From Klebsormidium nitens (taxonomy: Eukaryota > Plantae > Klebsormidiophyceae): a stretch of DNA of 64,000 nt. This document shows, in pieces, positions 1 through 12,880 of the stretch. Position 1 is the stretch's first letter. Every line of letters begins with the position of its first letter. The position numbers and the translations under genes are program-made. The stretch lies in contig DF236971.1 in assembly GCA_000708835.1 (NCBI GenBank), positions 186,001 to 250,000 on the forward strand, written 5' to 3'. Below the pieces are notes generated by a model, which was given only the letters and a program-made list of their open reading frames with translations, made no database searches and was not told the origin of the DNA.

Positions 1-706
1 GCTCTGCGCTGGCATGCCCACCGACAATCACGTTCCTCTTGACATTCTTTCACGCCAGCAGGTTGGTCCTTCAGGCAAAGCACTGGAGTTGTGCGAAAGC
101 GCGCCGACCAATCAGGGCGGTCAGCAAGTCCGAAACTCGACTCACTCCCCAACCCTGCGCAGGGATGCCCCCCAACCTGTACGGCCCTAACATCGGGTGT
201 TTAGCAGATTCAAAACTTACCAAAGTCCGAACCCTGCGCAGGAATGCCCACCAAGCTATACGGCCCCACGAACAACTCTCAGCATGGCAACAGGGTCACT
301 TAGTTCTTCGAGACAGAGCACGGAAACTCGCCGAAGGCATGGCGGTCAGCCCGAGTAGTCAGCAAACCCGAATCCTGACTTGATATTGTATCCTGCGCAG
401 GCATGCCCACCAACTTGTACGGCACTCACGACAAATCTTGTCCTCGCAACATGGTCCCTTGACTCTTCGAGATAGAGCACCAAAAATCGCCAAAGGCATG
501 CCGGTCAGCCCGGGTAGTCAGCGAATCCTGACTCGAAAACCTACCCTGCGCAGGCATGCCCACCAACCTGTACGGTCCCCACGACAACTCTCAATCACGG
601 CAACATGGTCATTTAGCTAACCTCACCGAAACCCGCCGAAGGCATGGTGGTCAGCCCGGGTAGACAGCAAACCCGAATCCTAACCCAAAATCTGTATCCT
701 GCACAG
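1..706 (+). repeat. Intronic tandem array of about 5 degenerate copies of the GER1 acceptor plus exon start
   Basis: cctgcgcag|GCATGCCCACCAACCTGTACGGCCC-like units with AG at 162, 241, 400 and 553, a decayed copy near 11, and the real acceptor at 706. Period mostly 151-159 bp. Confidence 0.9.
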
Positions 707-2244
707 GCATGCCCACCAACCTGTACGGCCCCCACGACAACTTCCACCCCACCAACTCCCACGTCCTCCCCGCGCTCATCCGGCGCTTCCACGAGGCCAA
801 GCGCGACGGGCTCAAGGAGGTCGTCTGCTGGGGGACCGGGTCCCCGCTGCGCGAGTTCCTGCATGTGGATGACCTGGCGGACGCGACGGTGTTCCTGCTC
901 AACAACTACAGCGACTTGGAGCACGTCAACATGGGCAGCGGCTCCGAAGTTACCATCAAGGTACGTGTCCGGTTTTGCGTCTTGGCTTCCGGAGTGTGGC
1001 TTTGGTTTGGGGGTCCGGTTCGGGGTGTGGGGTGCAGGGAGCGGTTGGCTGGGATCGGGAGTGGAGATCCGGGGATTTGGAGTCTCAAGAGCGACCGAGG
1101 ATTCAATATGCAATCTGGGCGTGGATCTGGGGTTTGTGCTTCTCGGCGTGTCGACCTTTGGCCCACTTGAGTGTTTCATGCTGACTGGCAGTCCTTGGTT
1201 TCGGTGCTCGAGTATGGGCTTTTCTCAACTCGTGTTGTCGGAAGAAGTCCCACGTGACGCCGTGGTCCAGCTAGGGAAGCGGGAGTTTCAAGCTGGGGTT
1301 TCGCGGGCTTGGTCGGGCCTTTTAGTCCGGGTGCAAGCGAAAATGCTGGATCAATACTTAGTCCGGGCTTCTTTGCGGCTCTCCTTTATTTTGGAGAGTA
1401 CTTGGAGTCCGCTTTCGAGTTTCACTTACCCAACTTTGAGCCTCAAGGTATGAGTATTCCGACGTGCGGATCTGGGATTGCCATGTCATCGGACCTTGTA
1501 TTTAAATCCTGGGTCCGGGGACGGCATTAATTAATGTTCTCAGAGATTGGTCTAAGGTGGCGCTTAATACCATGCGCTTCATCCGTGTTTTGAGACTCGA
1601 AACCGGGAACGGGCTAGTATCCCCATGCATTCCCCTGGTCGCGGGGGCACAAAATTTGAACGAATCATCCCCCGTGAAGCCCTTGCTTGGAAGCTCACAT
1701 CAAGCTCTGGCTCTAGATAAATGGAGACGTTCGAGTCAACCAGCAATCAAGTAATCCTGAGAAACTCTGCTATGAACAATTGAGCGGAAAGGTCGGCACT
1801 GGTGCTATTTTGTCTGCCAGCTGTTTGGATGGCCGATTTTGCTCTGGTTCTCGATTTCAACGTGTATCTGTGTGTGGCAGCCAGTTATCTGCAGTCTTAC
1901 TTTAAACTGTAGGGCTATGGTCGTTATGGGCCATGCTGACGTTTCCGCTTGTCTTTGTGTTGGGATCCCCATTTCCCCTCGTGACTGGCTGCACGGCTGA
2001 CACTTCTGCATTGCACGGCTCTCAGGATTTGGCCGAGCTTGTAAAGGAGGTGGTTGGCTATGAAGGGGAGTTGAAGTGGGATACGACCAAGCCCGACGGG
2101 ACCCCACGAAAGCTCATGGACAACTCAAAGATCGCCGGTCTTGGTTGGACCGCCAAGATCTCCTTGAAAGAGGGTCTCACCGGTACATATCAGTGGTATT
2201 TGGAGAATTACGTGAACGGAAACATGGTACCTCAAAGCCACTAG
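707..2244 (+). CDS. GER1: GDP-L-fucose synthase (GDP-4-keto-6-deoxy-D-mannose epimerase/reductase), last two exons; 5' part lies before the window
   Basis: Exons 707-960 (cag|GC ATG...AAG|gtacgt) and 2026-2244 (cag|GAT...TAG) splice in phase. Peptides [63 protein letters not shown] and [15 protein letters not shown] are hallmark Fcl/GER motifs. Confidence 0.95.
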
Positions 2245-3258
2245 GCTCTACTGTCGACTAGCCACTGCTTTAGGTTCCAGGAACTTTCGATTAATTGTGA
2301 AGTCGGTCAGGACCGTAGCGAAGCCAATCTGGTGTGAACAGTGGCTTGAAGTGCCTGGGCCCCTAGAACTTCTCCTCTTACACAATTACTGGCATGATTT
2401 GTGAAGCAGAGTTCTGACACCGGCAAATCGTTACATGACTGATATAAACCCAGATTCTGAAATGGTACTACTACTTGACGGTTGCAAATACACATTCCAA
2501 CGAACTTGTGGTTGGCAACTTGAGTTACCGTACCTACTCCGTTGCTTCATGCCTGTTTTTGGATCAGGCGCCTGCGGCATGATCGAATGATGGACTAATA
2601 CTTAAAATTCAGGGTCCGACTGCATTGACATGATTAATTTCATGATTTCATGCACTGGCTGAGCATCATTTCAAATTGGCCGCCAGTTGCATGGCTGTCC
2701 CCGAGGCCCGGGCTGGGCCGCGGCGGGGCCATGATGTTCATATGTACTAATCATACAGTCAGTGTATAGTATAATATATCCAGCCGCGCCGCGCAACTTA
2801 TTCGTGCATGTAAGCCATGTAGGGCGGCAGGCGCTGGCTTATTAGTCATATAAATTGATTTCTTTGCTCGAATTTACTGCTATATGCCATATGATGCATC
2901 TCGCGAGCACAAGGGGGGGGAAGGCCCCGGGCCAAGCAATGTACAAGGAACTCAGTGGCAGGCGGTGTGGGTCGACTAGATTTGAGTAATTGAAATCCTC
3001 ATAATCCGAAGAAGGACCTCCTCAGCTTGCCATGGTCACGGCATCATAAAGAAGTGCAGTCCATTTGCAGCCGCTGCCTTTCTCATAGATTTGCGCTGAC
3101 ATGTTGCCATAAGCAGCAATATTCCCGGGGCTGCCAGGAACAACTTCGGCAGCTAGTATTAGACCCAAAAACCGACATGTCGGACGATGCTAGTCCTGGT
3201 AGACGCATTAATTGCATGTTTCCGACTCAGTTCTTTACTTGTCTTGATTTGTACATTG

Positions 3259-6200
3259 CTAGCCGTTGACTATGCTTCCACCTGGCTGGTCGTCCAATGC
3301 AGCCGCCCGCATCAACGCGCCCTCCACAACCACGTCCCCCACGGCAGCACTCGCGTCCTTGTTTTGTGCCGCCCCCGCTTTTGCCCGCTTACCTGGGGCC
3401 TTCTTCTGCGTTCGGTTCGGCGGCCCGCTGATAGGCGGCGCGAGCCTCTGCGGGCCGGCCATAGGGTATGGAACTCCCAGCGGGGCACTCATTGGCTGCG
3501 AAACTGCCAATTGTAAACCAGGAACCCCGGCCCCCAGTCCTCCGGAAGCCCCTTGAGAAGCCTCGCCCTCCGGTTTCCGCTTCATCCCCTGCCCGGGTTT
3601 CCTTGAGAACAGCTCGTGAATCGCGTTCGCCTTTTGGAACTTGCGCGCGAGCGTGGTCCCCTTCTCGGCGCTGATCACCTGGTTGCACGCGTGGATGTAG
3701 CCCGCGGCATGGAGCGTCTTCCCGCCGTAGCAGTGGCACAGAAACCTGCAGATACGCAGAAGCACTCAAAAGAGTCGCCGGGGTTTCCTTGAGGGTTTTG
3801 ACCATCAAATATTCTTACGTCCTCTCGATGCCAGTGGAGACGTTCTGGTGAATTTCCCAAGTAGAGTCCATCTCTTTCCCTACTTCTTGCCGATTCGGCC
3901 GCAGCATCCTACAGATCTGAAAGCGCGGAAGACTTGCAACAGAACCCAAAAAGACTGGTTTACGTAGTCCAGCCCCTCGTTGAGAAAGCCAGGTGATCCA
4001 GATCGGAAGTGCTGAATCTGAGAGAGGGGAATGGAGGCGCGGTTTGCTGCAAAGAGGCGCGGTTTGCTGCAAAGATAAGTTTTTCAGCAGGCGGACCAAC
4101 GGGTTTTCACCGACCCAGGTAGAACGAGTCGGATTCGAAAACATTCTGGTTTCAATCGTGTTTCTGAACTTCCACATACCAGGTAAGAGGACCACTAATC
4201 GATGACCTGCTAAGTCCAGAATCGTCTCCAAGGCTCCCGGTGTTTTTATGAATGCGTAAATGTGTCGCTCTGAACTAGGAGAAAGAGTCCACTCGTCCAT
4301 TAATCCATCCGCTCCATCCGCTCAATATGGGTCACACCTGCCGGGCATGAAACTGTCCTGGATAGTTTGGCACACACCTTCAGATGACTAACATGCTTTG
4401 TCCTCAGATCAACTTGTGAAAGAGACCACTTGAGAAGTTTCGTGAATACAGGTCCAATCTCATCCTTGATGTGATTGTACAACGATGACCAAACAAGCGC
4501 CGCAGAACACGTAAGCTCCGAACACTTACGAGAGCAGGCACTTTCGCCGGGCCTCCGACGTGGCGTTCGGTGTCCCCATGAATCGCACCAGCTTTTCAAA
4601 GTCCTCAGGTTTCGGCAGGACGGCCTCAACCCGCTCCTCGGGGGGGGTAGCTTTTTCCCTGGGCTTGCTAACCCCCTCCCCAGGCAAAAGCCGCATCACA
4701 GCATTGATGCCCTCTGCCGGAATGCCGTCCAGTGCGGAGCAGACGTAGTAAGTCTCCCTCCGCTTGACCAGGGCGATGACCGAGACATGGCCGTCCTTCA
4801 CTCCTGCACGGACCGATAGGCTGGGTTAGCTGGGTTACTGGTGGGTTAGTCGGGTCACTGTTGGGTTGGTTAGGTTACTGGTGAATTCATTCAGGTCAGC
4901 TGGGTTGCTTAGCTCAAAGCCATGCAGGTCTATCTATCACTTAATATTCGTGTTCCGCAGGTGCTCATGACTGGCAGGCGTCGTAAGATGCGCCCCTGTG
5001 ATGCAACCACCCCTTGTGCCCCGCAGGTCAGCAAGAGTGGGGCGGTCAGAAACACTCAGAGGAGGAAGCATTACTGCAACCACCAGATGGATCGTTCAGT
5101 AAGAACAGGGCTGGAATAAAGTTGCACCAAGGGTTCATGCTGGGAGTCCTTCAATGAAAAGTCTGGGAAGGCCAAGAATCGTTCTTTTGTGCCGTCCTGC
5201 GGAAGCCGAAAACTACTACACAACAATTGCATCCAAGCCAAGATTGAAAGCAGAGCATGGGCGTCAGGGTGGTGTGATTAGATCTCTGATCTGGTGAAGT
5301 GACTGGAACTCAAGTCCCTTCATCGAATACGTTCTGGCATCCCAAAAGGGCCTCAGCAGTTCTTGTAACTCCTGTGTTTCCTAGCCCTGTTGGCAGGGTT
5401 TCTCCTCTAATTATTCTGCAACTGCCCTCCTTTTTCAGGAAGCTGAATGCAGCACGCTTCGCTATAAGAATGGAATGGCAGCACGCTTGAGAGTAGAATA
5501 GGCCCCTGAAATGTCAGCCTAAAATCTGCAAATTGGGACCAGTGCTGCAAATATGAGACCACTTACGCCGTGTCACACGCAGCGGTACCTTCTCCTTCTC
5601 TCACAGGACTTTTTGCAAGTTGAGTTCAATGCTAGGCACAGACCACGGCAATCTGACGAAGTATACTTAGATTAGAATTCAACCGTGCAGCAGCCTAAAC
5701 GCTGTAAGCCAAACTGATTTACGAACACCGAAAAATAACGGAAAATACTATTCCAGATTGCGAAGGAAGCCTGGTACATGAACGAACAAAAGAGATGGGG
5801 AAAGAATGCCACCGGACAACAGTTGGTTGGAACACTCTCCATTTGGAGGCCATTCAAACGGCAGTATAAGTCTCAAGGATGACCTGCCGGGTATATTGAA
5901 AACTTTGCAGATGGTAGCTCTTTCTAAGTACACTCTATGTCGCACCAGCTTTAGTAAGGGGCCCGTGACCTGCTCACACGTACAAACCACTAGCACCAGA
6001 AGCCTTCCACAGGTCCCTGCTTGACCACAAACACACATTGAAACCCTAAAAACTCTCCAACAAGCATCATGACCAAGCAGACCTTTCATTTCCTTACTCA
6101 CCTGCCCTTTCTAGCCGGTGCAGCACCCGTTTTGGCTTGTCCTCCTTCGCCTGCGCCTCCGGCAGCACCAATTTCATGAATTCTAGCGCCTTCATCATCT

Positions 6201-6753
6201 TCTGCTTTTGCAACTGCAGCAGCGCCTTCAACACGGACGACTCCTCGCTGTCCAGCTCCCTCATGGTCGCAAGGTGCTGCAGTTTCCTGATCTTTACATC
6301 TATCAGCGGCGTGAATGTGGGAGCTGGGATGAGCTCATGACCCCCAGTGTACGAAAACATTGGCTGGGCCATGGGGATCTTCGGTTGCGGGGGAAAAGCA
6401 AAGGGATTTGAGAAGGGGTGGAGCGGGGGTGCCAGGGGAGGGGGGGGTACCATGTGTGCTGGATACACCATGACATTGGGCGGGACTTTGAACGTCGGCT
6501 TGAAGGCCCATGGGGGCTGTTGAGGAGGGAGCACATGACCTGGGGTGGGAGGCTTCCTTTGCGCACCTTTTGAACTGCTCTGCTTCTCTTTCCTGTTGGT
6601 TTCTGCTTGAGGAACTATGTTGAACAGCCCGGGCGCGTTCAAGTCCATCGCAGGCATGCCCTTTGAGGCCCGCCGCTGCTTCTTTGCGGCTGGCTCGTTG
6701 ATGAAGGCGTTCCCATCTGCTGTGCCTGGCGGTCCTCCCGCTGCATTCTCCAT
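3259..6753 (-). CDS. Hypothetical protein, about 470 aa, Pro-rich N-terminal half, 3 exons
   Basis: complement(join(3259-3745,4530-4803,6102-6753)). Canonical gtgagt/gtaagt donors and tgcag acceptors, phases 1 and 2 match, 1413 nt open frame. No family recognised. Confidence 0.75.
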
Positions 6754-7284
6754 GTTCGCCACGTCTGCTATCTCAACCCGCAGATCCTCTAAGCCTTCAG
6801 AAACCAGTTAAAGTAGACAATGACCAAGATGTTGGCTGCAGCGCAAGGTGCAGCCCCTAGAAAAGAACACAGAAGAACGAAAGCCAAAGGTTGAAAGGTC
6901 CTTTAGAGAGAATAAACAAAGAGAACTGAACAGCGCCCAGGCCTCCTTAGGCCTCCTTAGGCTTTGGAAGAGAATTTCAATGAATTTGAAATGCAGAGCT
7001 TTGCGAATTCATGAGAAGGGAAGCAATGCCGATAGACGACCGAGATCTGCTCAAACTCTCAAATCGGACGGTGAACATTGAATCTTAGAAAACTCCCCTG
7101 CCTGTGATTGGCCGAAACTAGCTCAAGAATTAGGGTTTCGTTGTCTTGTCTTGCACTGTCGCAGCAAGACAACGGGTCTGGTGCAGAGGACTGTGGAGGG
7201 CACTACTCAGGCCTTCCACTTTCGCTTCCTCTTGGCAAGGATGCATTGGGGCGCCGTAAAGTAGCTGCCCTTTCTCTTCCCTTT
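6754..7284. promoter_or_regulatory. Probable bidirectional promoter between two divergent genes
   Basis: About 530 bp between divergent ATGs. Contains a reverse telo-box (tagggttt, 7131-7138) and a reverse CCAAT (gattgg, about 7106). Confidence 0.4.
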
Positions 7285-10200
7285 ATGGTGGAGATGGAAG
7301 CACGATCACCTCTTAGTCCTAAGGGAGCGAACTCAGCTGACGAGCTTGAGGTTCGAAGTTTTCGCAAGGAATCTTTCGTTCAAGCTGCCTCTGCAGTATA
7401 CAAGAGGACGAGTGCGGCTGTCCGTGTTTCACCAAGAACGAGAAGGCCCGCCACAGTTGACTGGCTCGCAAACTTCGAAGCTCAGAATATGAAGCAATCG
7501 GCAGCTCACGCGGGCAACCTACTTGGTCAGCACGACGAAAACGTTTTGAAGGTCAGGGGTGCGCTTAGAGCTGCGGAGAAGAGCTCAGAGCTCCAAACCG
7601 GGATCACAGGCAGTGATAGCAGGGCTGTCAGAGAACCAGGAAGGTTAGAGTCAGGTGGGGAAGCTGCTGACATCAGCGGGGCTTCAAGAGAGTCTTCAGC
7701 ACTGGTGCCCCCATCAGACCAGTCGACTGATGAGAAGTCAGTGAGAGCTAGCGTTGTTATTCTGGAAGGGCCAAGCCTGGCAGACGGGGGAGAAAGGAGC
7801 CTTTCTGAAGCAAGTGGAGCTGGCCAAATGCCTGAAGCTGGGGCACATGACGATGCAGAAACAGAGGAGGAAGATGGAGACTGGGAGGCCCTGCCTTCAG
7901 AAAAGGTACAGCTAAAGTCTCTTCGCTGTATGTGGAGTTGTAAGGGTCAAGCAGTGTAAGGCACATACCTTTCTTTTACGACGGTCCAATGCCTTCTTAT
8001 TCAGCGGACCTTATTCCACCGTTGAGGCTGTGAGTCAATGTGTTGTGATGAAAGAGTGGTTCTTTCTTGTCATGTGAAATTCTGGTGACGACTTGCATAA
8101 GTGATCTTGCGGACCGATCTAGAAGGAATGACAAAGGAACTGAGTACTGGTCTTGTCAGACTGCCGTCAAGAATGAAGCGAAGCCAGTTCTGTCAGAGTC
8201 TGTTTATCTTCCTTAGGCCTCAGTGCTGTTTTAGACGTGGACACCAGAGTGCATATTGTCTGAGCTTGCGACCAAGGCTTGCCAGGTCCTCGACACTACC
8301 ATCTGAGCTACAAGCAATCAATGTCAAACCTTTTCTGACCCTGTCACGCAGGAGATTGAAACTTATGCGGAGTATCTGGGGATGAAGCCCAAGGAGGATA
8401 CAGAGGTGCTCTGGATTGCAGAGCAGGCGATGTTGTGTCCGGTCCCAGGTCAGTTGGAGGCACTCCCAATTGGCATTTTCCAAGACAGCGTTCATTGAGC
8501 TTGCTGCAAGGCTGATTTCTCGGAGGATCACAGCATCAGCATCCGGAAAGACAGTTTTGGTAGCTCGGCATCTGCGAGTTTTTAACCTTTAACACTGGGA
8601 GAAGAATTTTGCAAGGATTCAGCTAGAGGCTTTGCGCAAAGCAAGGTAAATGTCAACAAGAATGCATGCAGAAAACCAGCTCGCACTTAGACTCTGCCAA
8701 GTGCCATTCTGGCACAATGTCACGCTGATTGAGAGCACTGCTTTGGCTGGTCTTGGAAAGATTCTGTGGTGCTGGAAGGGGCACTCAATGCGCAAAGCGA
8801 TGCACTTTCTTTGATCCTTCTAGAATAGCTAGCCTTGACGGGCTACTTCAACTAAACAGGCAAACATGCATTGGCAACCTACAGGCTCTTTGCCTGTTGC
8901 TTTTGTGTCAGGTCACCAAGTCGTGGTATCTCTGGGCCTCCTGCAAAGCATCAAGCCTCAAAAATTTGATAAGCTTGTCAATCTCTCACAAGTCCCCCGA
9001 GAAGAAAGCGGGGAGGGTATCATTCCAACGGCTGTAAGGGTCCAAAAAGGGCCGAGTTCCGCGGAACTCGATTTTACAAGTCAGTAGCAGTCTCTAACGG
9101 GACTTGCCCAAGAAGCAAAGAGTAAAAAGCTCCTTCTTTTCAGCGTAGCAAGAAACGAGAAACGCAAGCTTATTGGATAGCCAGATTCTAAGATCGATTG
9201 TGCCAAAATTTTCATAAGCACTTTATCAAACAGCCAACGCTTGTTCAGAATAGCCAAACATAAGACCGATTGTGCCAAAAACTCATAACAACTTTATCAA
9301 ACAGCCAACTCTTGTTCAGAAACGTTTAGAAACGGCTCCCTGAATCTCCCTTGCTTCCCAGACGGCTGGCAGGAGGGCGTTGACAGCGACGGCAGCACCT
9401 ACTTCTACGAGCTCGAGACGATGACGTCATGCCGAGCTCACCCGTGCGATGACGATTACAAGTTCCTGTACCGAGGCCTCCGGCGATCGGTCCGGGAGTC
9501 TGCAGTGACGTTCGAAGCGGTAAGTAAAGCTCGTCGCGACGTTTGTTTACTTGGTCAATGTAGACAGTTGCTCCGTGTCTCCTTTCCGTATTATGCGATT
9601 TCGAAGTCAAAAGTGGAACGGCAGTTCGGTTCTGGCACGACTGCGGGAATCTAGCTGTTTGCACCTGGTGATATCGGTCCAGAATTCCTTCTCGCACTCA
9701 GCCGATCAGCATGTATCGCAGCTGTCGAAGTCAGCTCTCGGAAAAAAGAAAGGCAGAACTCGACGAACTGCGAGCTTAAGTCACATTTGCGGATAAGGCT
9801 CACTTTGCTCAGATCTTTCGAAGAACGCTGCGTGTCGTGTCTCCGTCTGAAGTAAGGCGTAGGCGGATTCTCAGAACGTAAAGCCGTTCGTTCAGCCTGG
9901 CGACTCTAAAGCTTGCGCCCGGCCTCACTAGGTTTCTCTATTTTCAAGCGCTCGGGAACTTTTGTGGCGACCGTTATACGGTTTCTGCGGGGTTGCAGAA
10001 GGCCGAGAACTGGTCTCGTGGGGACCCCCTGTCAGGTTGTACCGAAGTAACGCTCGCGCATGATGGCAGAAACGCGTTCTGCAAGGTGATCTAGACGGAC
10101 GAGAAACTACAAACACACTCCACCTCATTCCGCACTTATGAACACTCTTGCGCCAACTCATGTACGACCTTCCCAGGCGAGCGGAAACAAAAGTCAACAA

Positions 10201-11898
10201 AGTAAAAGAGAAGAAAAAGCAAGAGAACAAATGATAGGAGAATATTACAACCGCAAAAATAACCCAAGTCGGACATCGAACGGTTTCTTTTGGTTTCTTT
10301 CTCCCGCAGGTCATCATAATGGCCGACCGGTTGGGCATCGACGTGGCGACCGAGCCGCACCTACTATGGGTTGCCCGGCACGCCCTTTTGGCGCCATTGC
10401 TGCCCGGGTGGGAGGAGATGGAGGACGAGGAGGGCAGCTACTACTACGACCGGAGAGCGGAACGCGCCACAGCGGAACACCCCATTGACGCTTTCTTCTT
10501 CCGGCTGGTGAGAGAACGGATGTCCAGCTTTCATTTCTGGAGGTCATGCTTGTAAAGCAACTGGGGAATAGTGGTGTTGCTTCCTTTCCCTACCTGACTC
10601 TAAATATGATACGTCGGTCGATGTTGTCAACCAGCGGAGCGAGTTTCTCGGCGATTTTGGCTTCGGGTTTCTTCTTTCCTGTTTCCAGATCGCCTTGGAG
10701 ATGGCTCCGTGGCAGCTTCTTCTGGAGTCAGAAATGCTCATTGCAAATCAACCAGAAGAATGGCATTCAGATGGTCTTCTGATAGACAGCGAAGGCTGAC
10801 GTGAGTACTTGTTTGCCTTTTGCCCGAGGAGGATGATTGCTGGAAACCTTCTGCACCATTGCTGATACGCAAAGAAGCCGGAAAGCTCGCCAATGCAGTC
10901 TATATTTAGACAGCCTTCTCTCAGGGTGCCACTCTGTCAACCGAGGAACAATGAGGAGGACTCTTTGAGAGCTTGCTATTAGGAAGTCCGGTTAATGTGG
11001 ACGTCTGCTGACTCGGTTTGTTCCCCTTCCTGCTGCAGATTGAAACGGAGCGAATGAAGAGGAAAGAACTAGAGAAGAGCAACTCGAGCGCCCTCGCCGC
11101 AAAAGGTAAAAGCGTATTTCTGCTACCGGTCAAGGCCGTTTTGAATTCCACGCGATCATGTGAGGCATTTGCTTGGGACTTCTCGGTTCATCAGGGAGCG
11201 GGTCAGTTCTTTCCCGGGCATACCGAGTCGCGCTGCTGAACGGATGTGAGAGCTCAGAGTGCTATCTCAAGAGCTCTCTTTGCAAAACAGACTCTTGCAC
11301 TTCTTCGGTCTAGACAAGACTCAATAGGTTCTTCCGCGCAAAACCCCTGCTATCCATGAGAGCATTGGGTGTTACCCGTTAAACCCTGAGCGAACAAACG
11401 CCAGTCCTCTTGCGATGCGACTAAGCAGATTTCTGGATGCTTCAAATGGTTACCCAGTGGGTACATCGCAAGGTCAAAGTTCACACGAAGGTCCGGTTTC
11501 CACCTTTTGCTCACCTTTACTCTCGAACTCTCTTTTTTGTCCGCCTCTCCAAACCTCTCTTCCGCTCCCATCAGTGTAAGAAGCCCCAATTACGCTCGTT
11601 TGCTGCGCAAAACGCGTCTTCTGATAATCCTTCCACCGCCCGGGCAGATGCAGAAGCGTGCGTGATGGAGCTTCTGGACGAGGATGGAGACGTGTTCACC
11701 TTCGACTGGTCGAAAGCCGAGAAGCACGAGCCGCCACCGTTCGATGAGGATCCGGCAACTGCTGACAGCTGGTCTTCCATGGCTGTCTTGCCCACTGTTG
11801 CCAAGTTGGTGTGGAAAGCCCCGCTTGGATTATTTACCGCCCTGCTCAGAATCTGGTCCACTGTAGTCGGAAGCCGAGTTGCGGCAAGCGATGCTTGA
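7285..11898 (+). CDS. Protein with two CEP164-like helical+WW modules, about 463 aa, 6 exons
   Basis: join(7285-7905,8352-8448,9362-9519,10310-10507,11039-11105,11648-11898), all GT-AG and in phase. Modules EIETYAEYLGMKPKEDTEVLWIAEQAMLCPVPDGWQEGVDSDGSTYFYELETMTSCRAHPCDDDY and MADRLGIDVATEPHLLWVARHALLAPLLPGWEEMEDEEGSYYYDRRAERATAEHPID resemble the CEP164 N-terminal domain as recalled. Start codon uncertain. Confidence 0.8.
9196..9320. repeat. Two-copy intronic tandem duplication, about 72 bp unit
   Basis: gattgtgccaaaa...actttatcaaacagccaac.cttgttcagaa occurs twice in tandem. Confidence 0.7.
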
Positions 11899-12880
11899 AA
11901 GGTTGCCCAGCCTTATTCGGTACAAAGGTGGCGGCTGCTAACGTACTGCTGCGCTTCAAACACGCCGCAAACGCTGAGGCACCGTTTAAACGCGCAATTG
12001 CCATGGGCCGGGAACGAACTGACCACAATCGCTCTCGGTCATGCGGAGTACTGTATTGCATCCGCGATCGTTCAGTATAGGTAAAGATTCCTATACGGCG
12101 GTACGCACTGATCCTACACGGGCACGCGAAGATTTCTCTACCAACGCAATCCACTTGGATCGTGGCACGCGCTGCCATGACATTGATCACGTCTGGTCGC
12201 GTGAACTTAACAGTCACGGTCAATCAACTTGAGTACAGCTTAAGTGGTATTCTGAATCCGACAGCTATAGCGCGGGCCCGGGCCGCTTAGGAGCGCGCAT
12301 GAGGTGCGGCCATTGCATGCCGCTGTGCACATACTTTCACGTGCAGCACAAGCTCTTTCGAGATTCATATGTGATGTGGTCACTCGTTGCGGGTCGATCC
12401 CAGGCCGCTAAGATGAGTAGAGAGCAGTTCCCAATGTTGTCATCGCGATCCGGTCGCTGTATGTGCTGCACAGCATTTTCATCACTGCCGTACACGTGCT
12501 GGCACTGGCACCAGCTCAGTGCCGCCCCAACGTTCATTGTTACCGGAACCTACGTATACATGGTGACTTATGAACCGGGGTCACGTCGGATTAGCCTCCT
12601 TATCCTGTTCACGCCATCATAACAGTCAGTCAGCATCTGTCGACATGTTGGCTTCATACACAGGACACAACGCCAGAACCTGCTGGCCGGCCATGTGAGC
12701 AACTGGGCACGACTCTCGTCAGGAATAGAGTAAACCTGAGAGGCCACCTAACATTCTCGTATGCAGCGCAGAGCAGCCATGCATGCTTCGAAACCTATGT
12801 ACAGCATACTGCATCGACTTTCCGGCGCAGCCATCCGGTTCCCGCGGTCCCCTCGCTCTCAGTGGTCCGGCGCATGCAAC

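Noticed and set aside
1-745. CRISPR-like repeat-spacer appearance of the GER1 and fibrillin arrays
   Set aside because: The repeats are degenerate copies of the adjacent exon start, the spacers are mutually homologous, there are no cas genes and the context is a eukaryotic intron.
613-1453. Long ORFs 644-1453 (+) and 613-1179 (-)
   Set aside because: Shadow frames over the GC-rich GER1 exon and a low-complexity G/T-rich intron.
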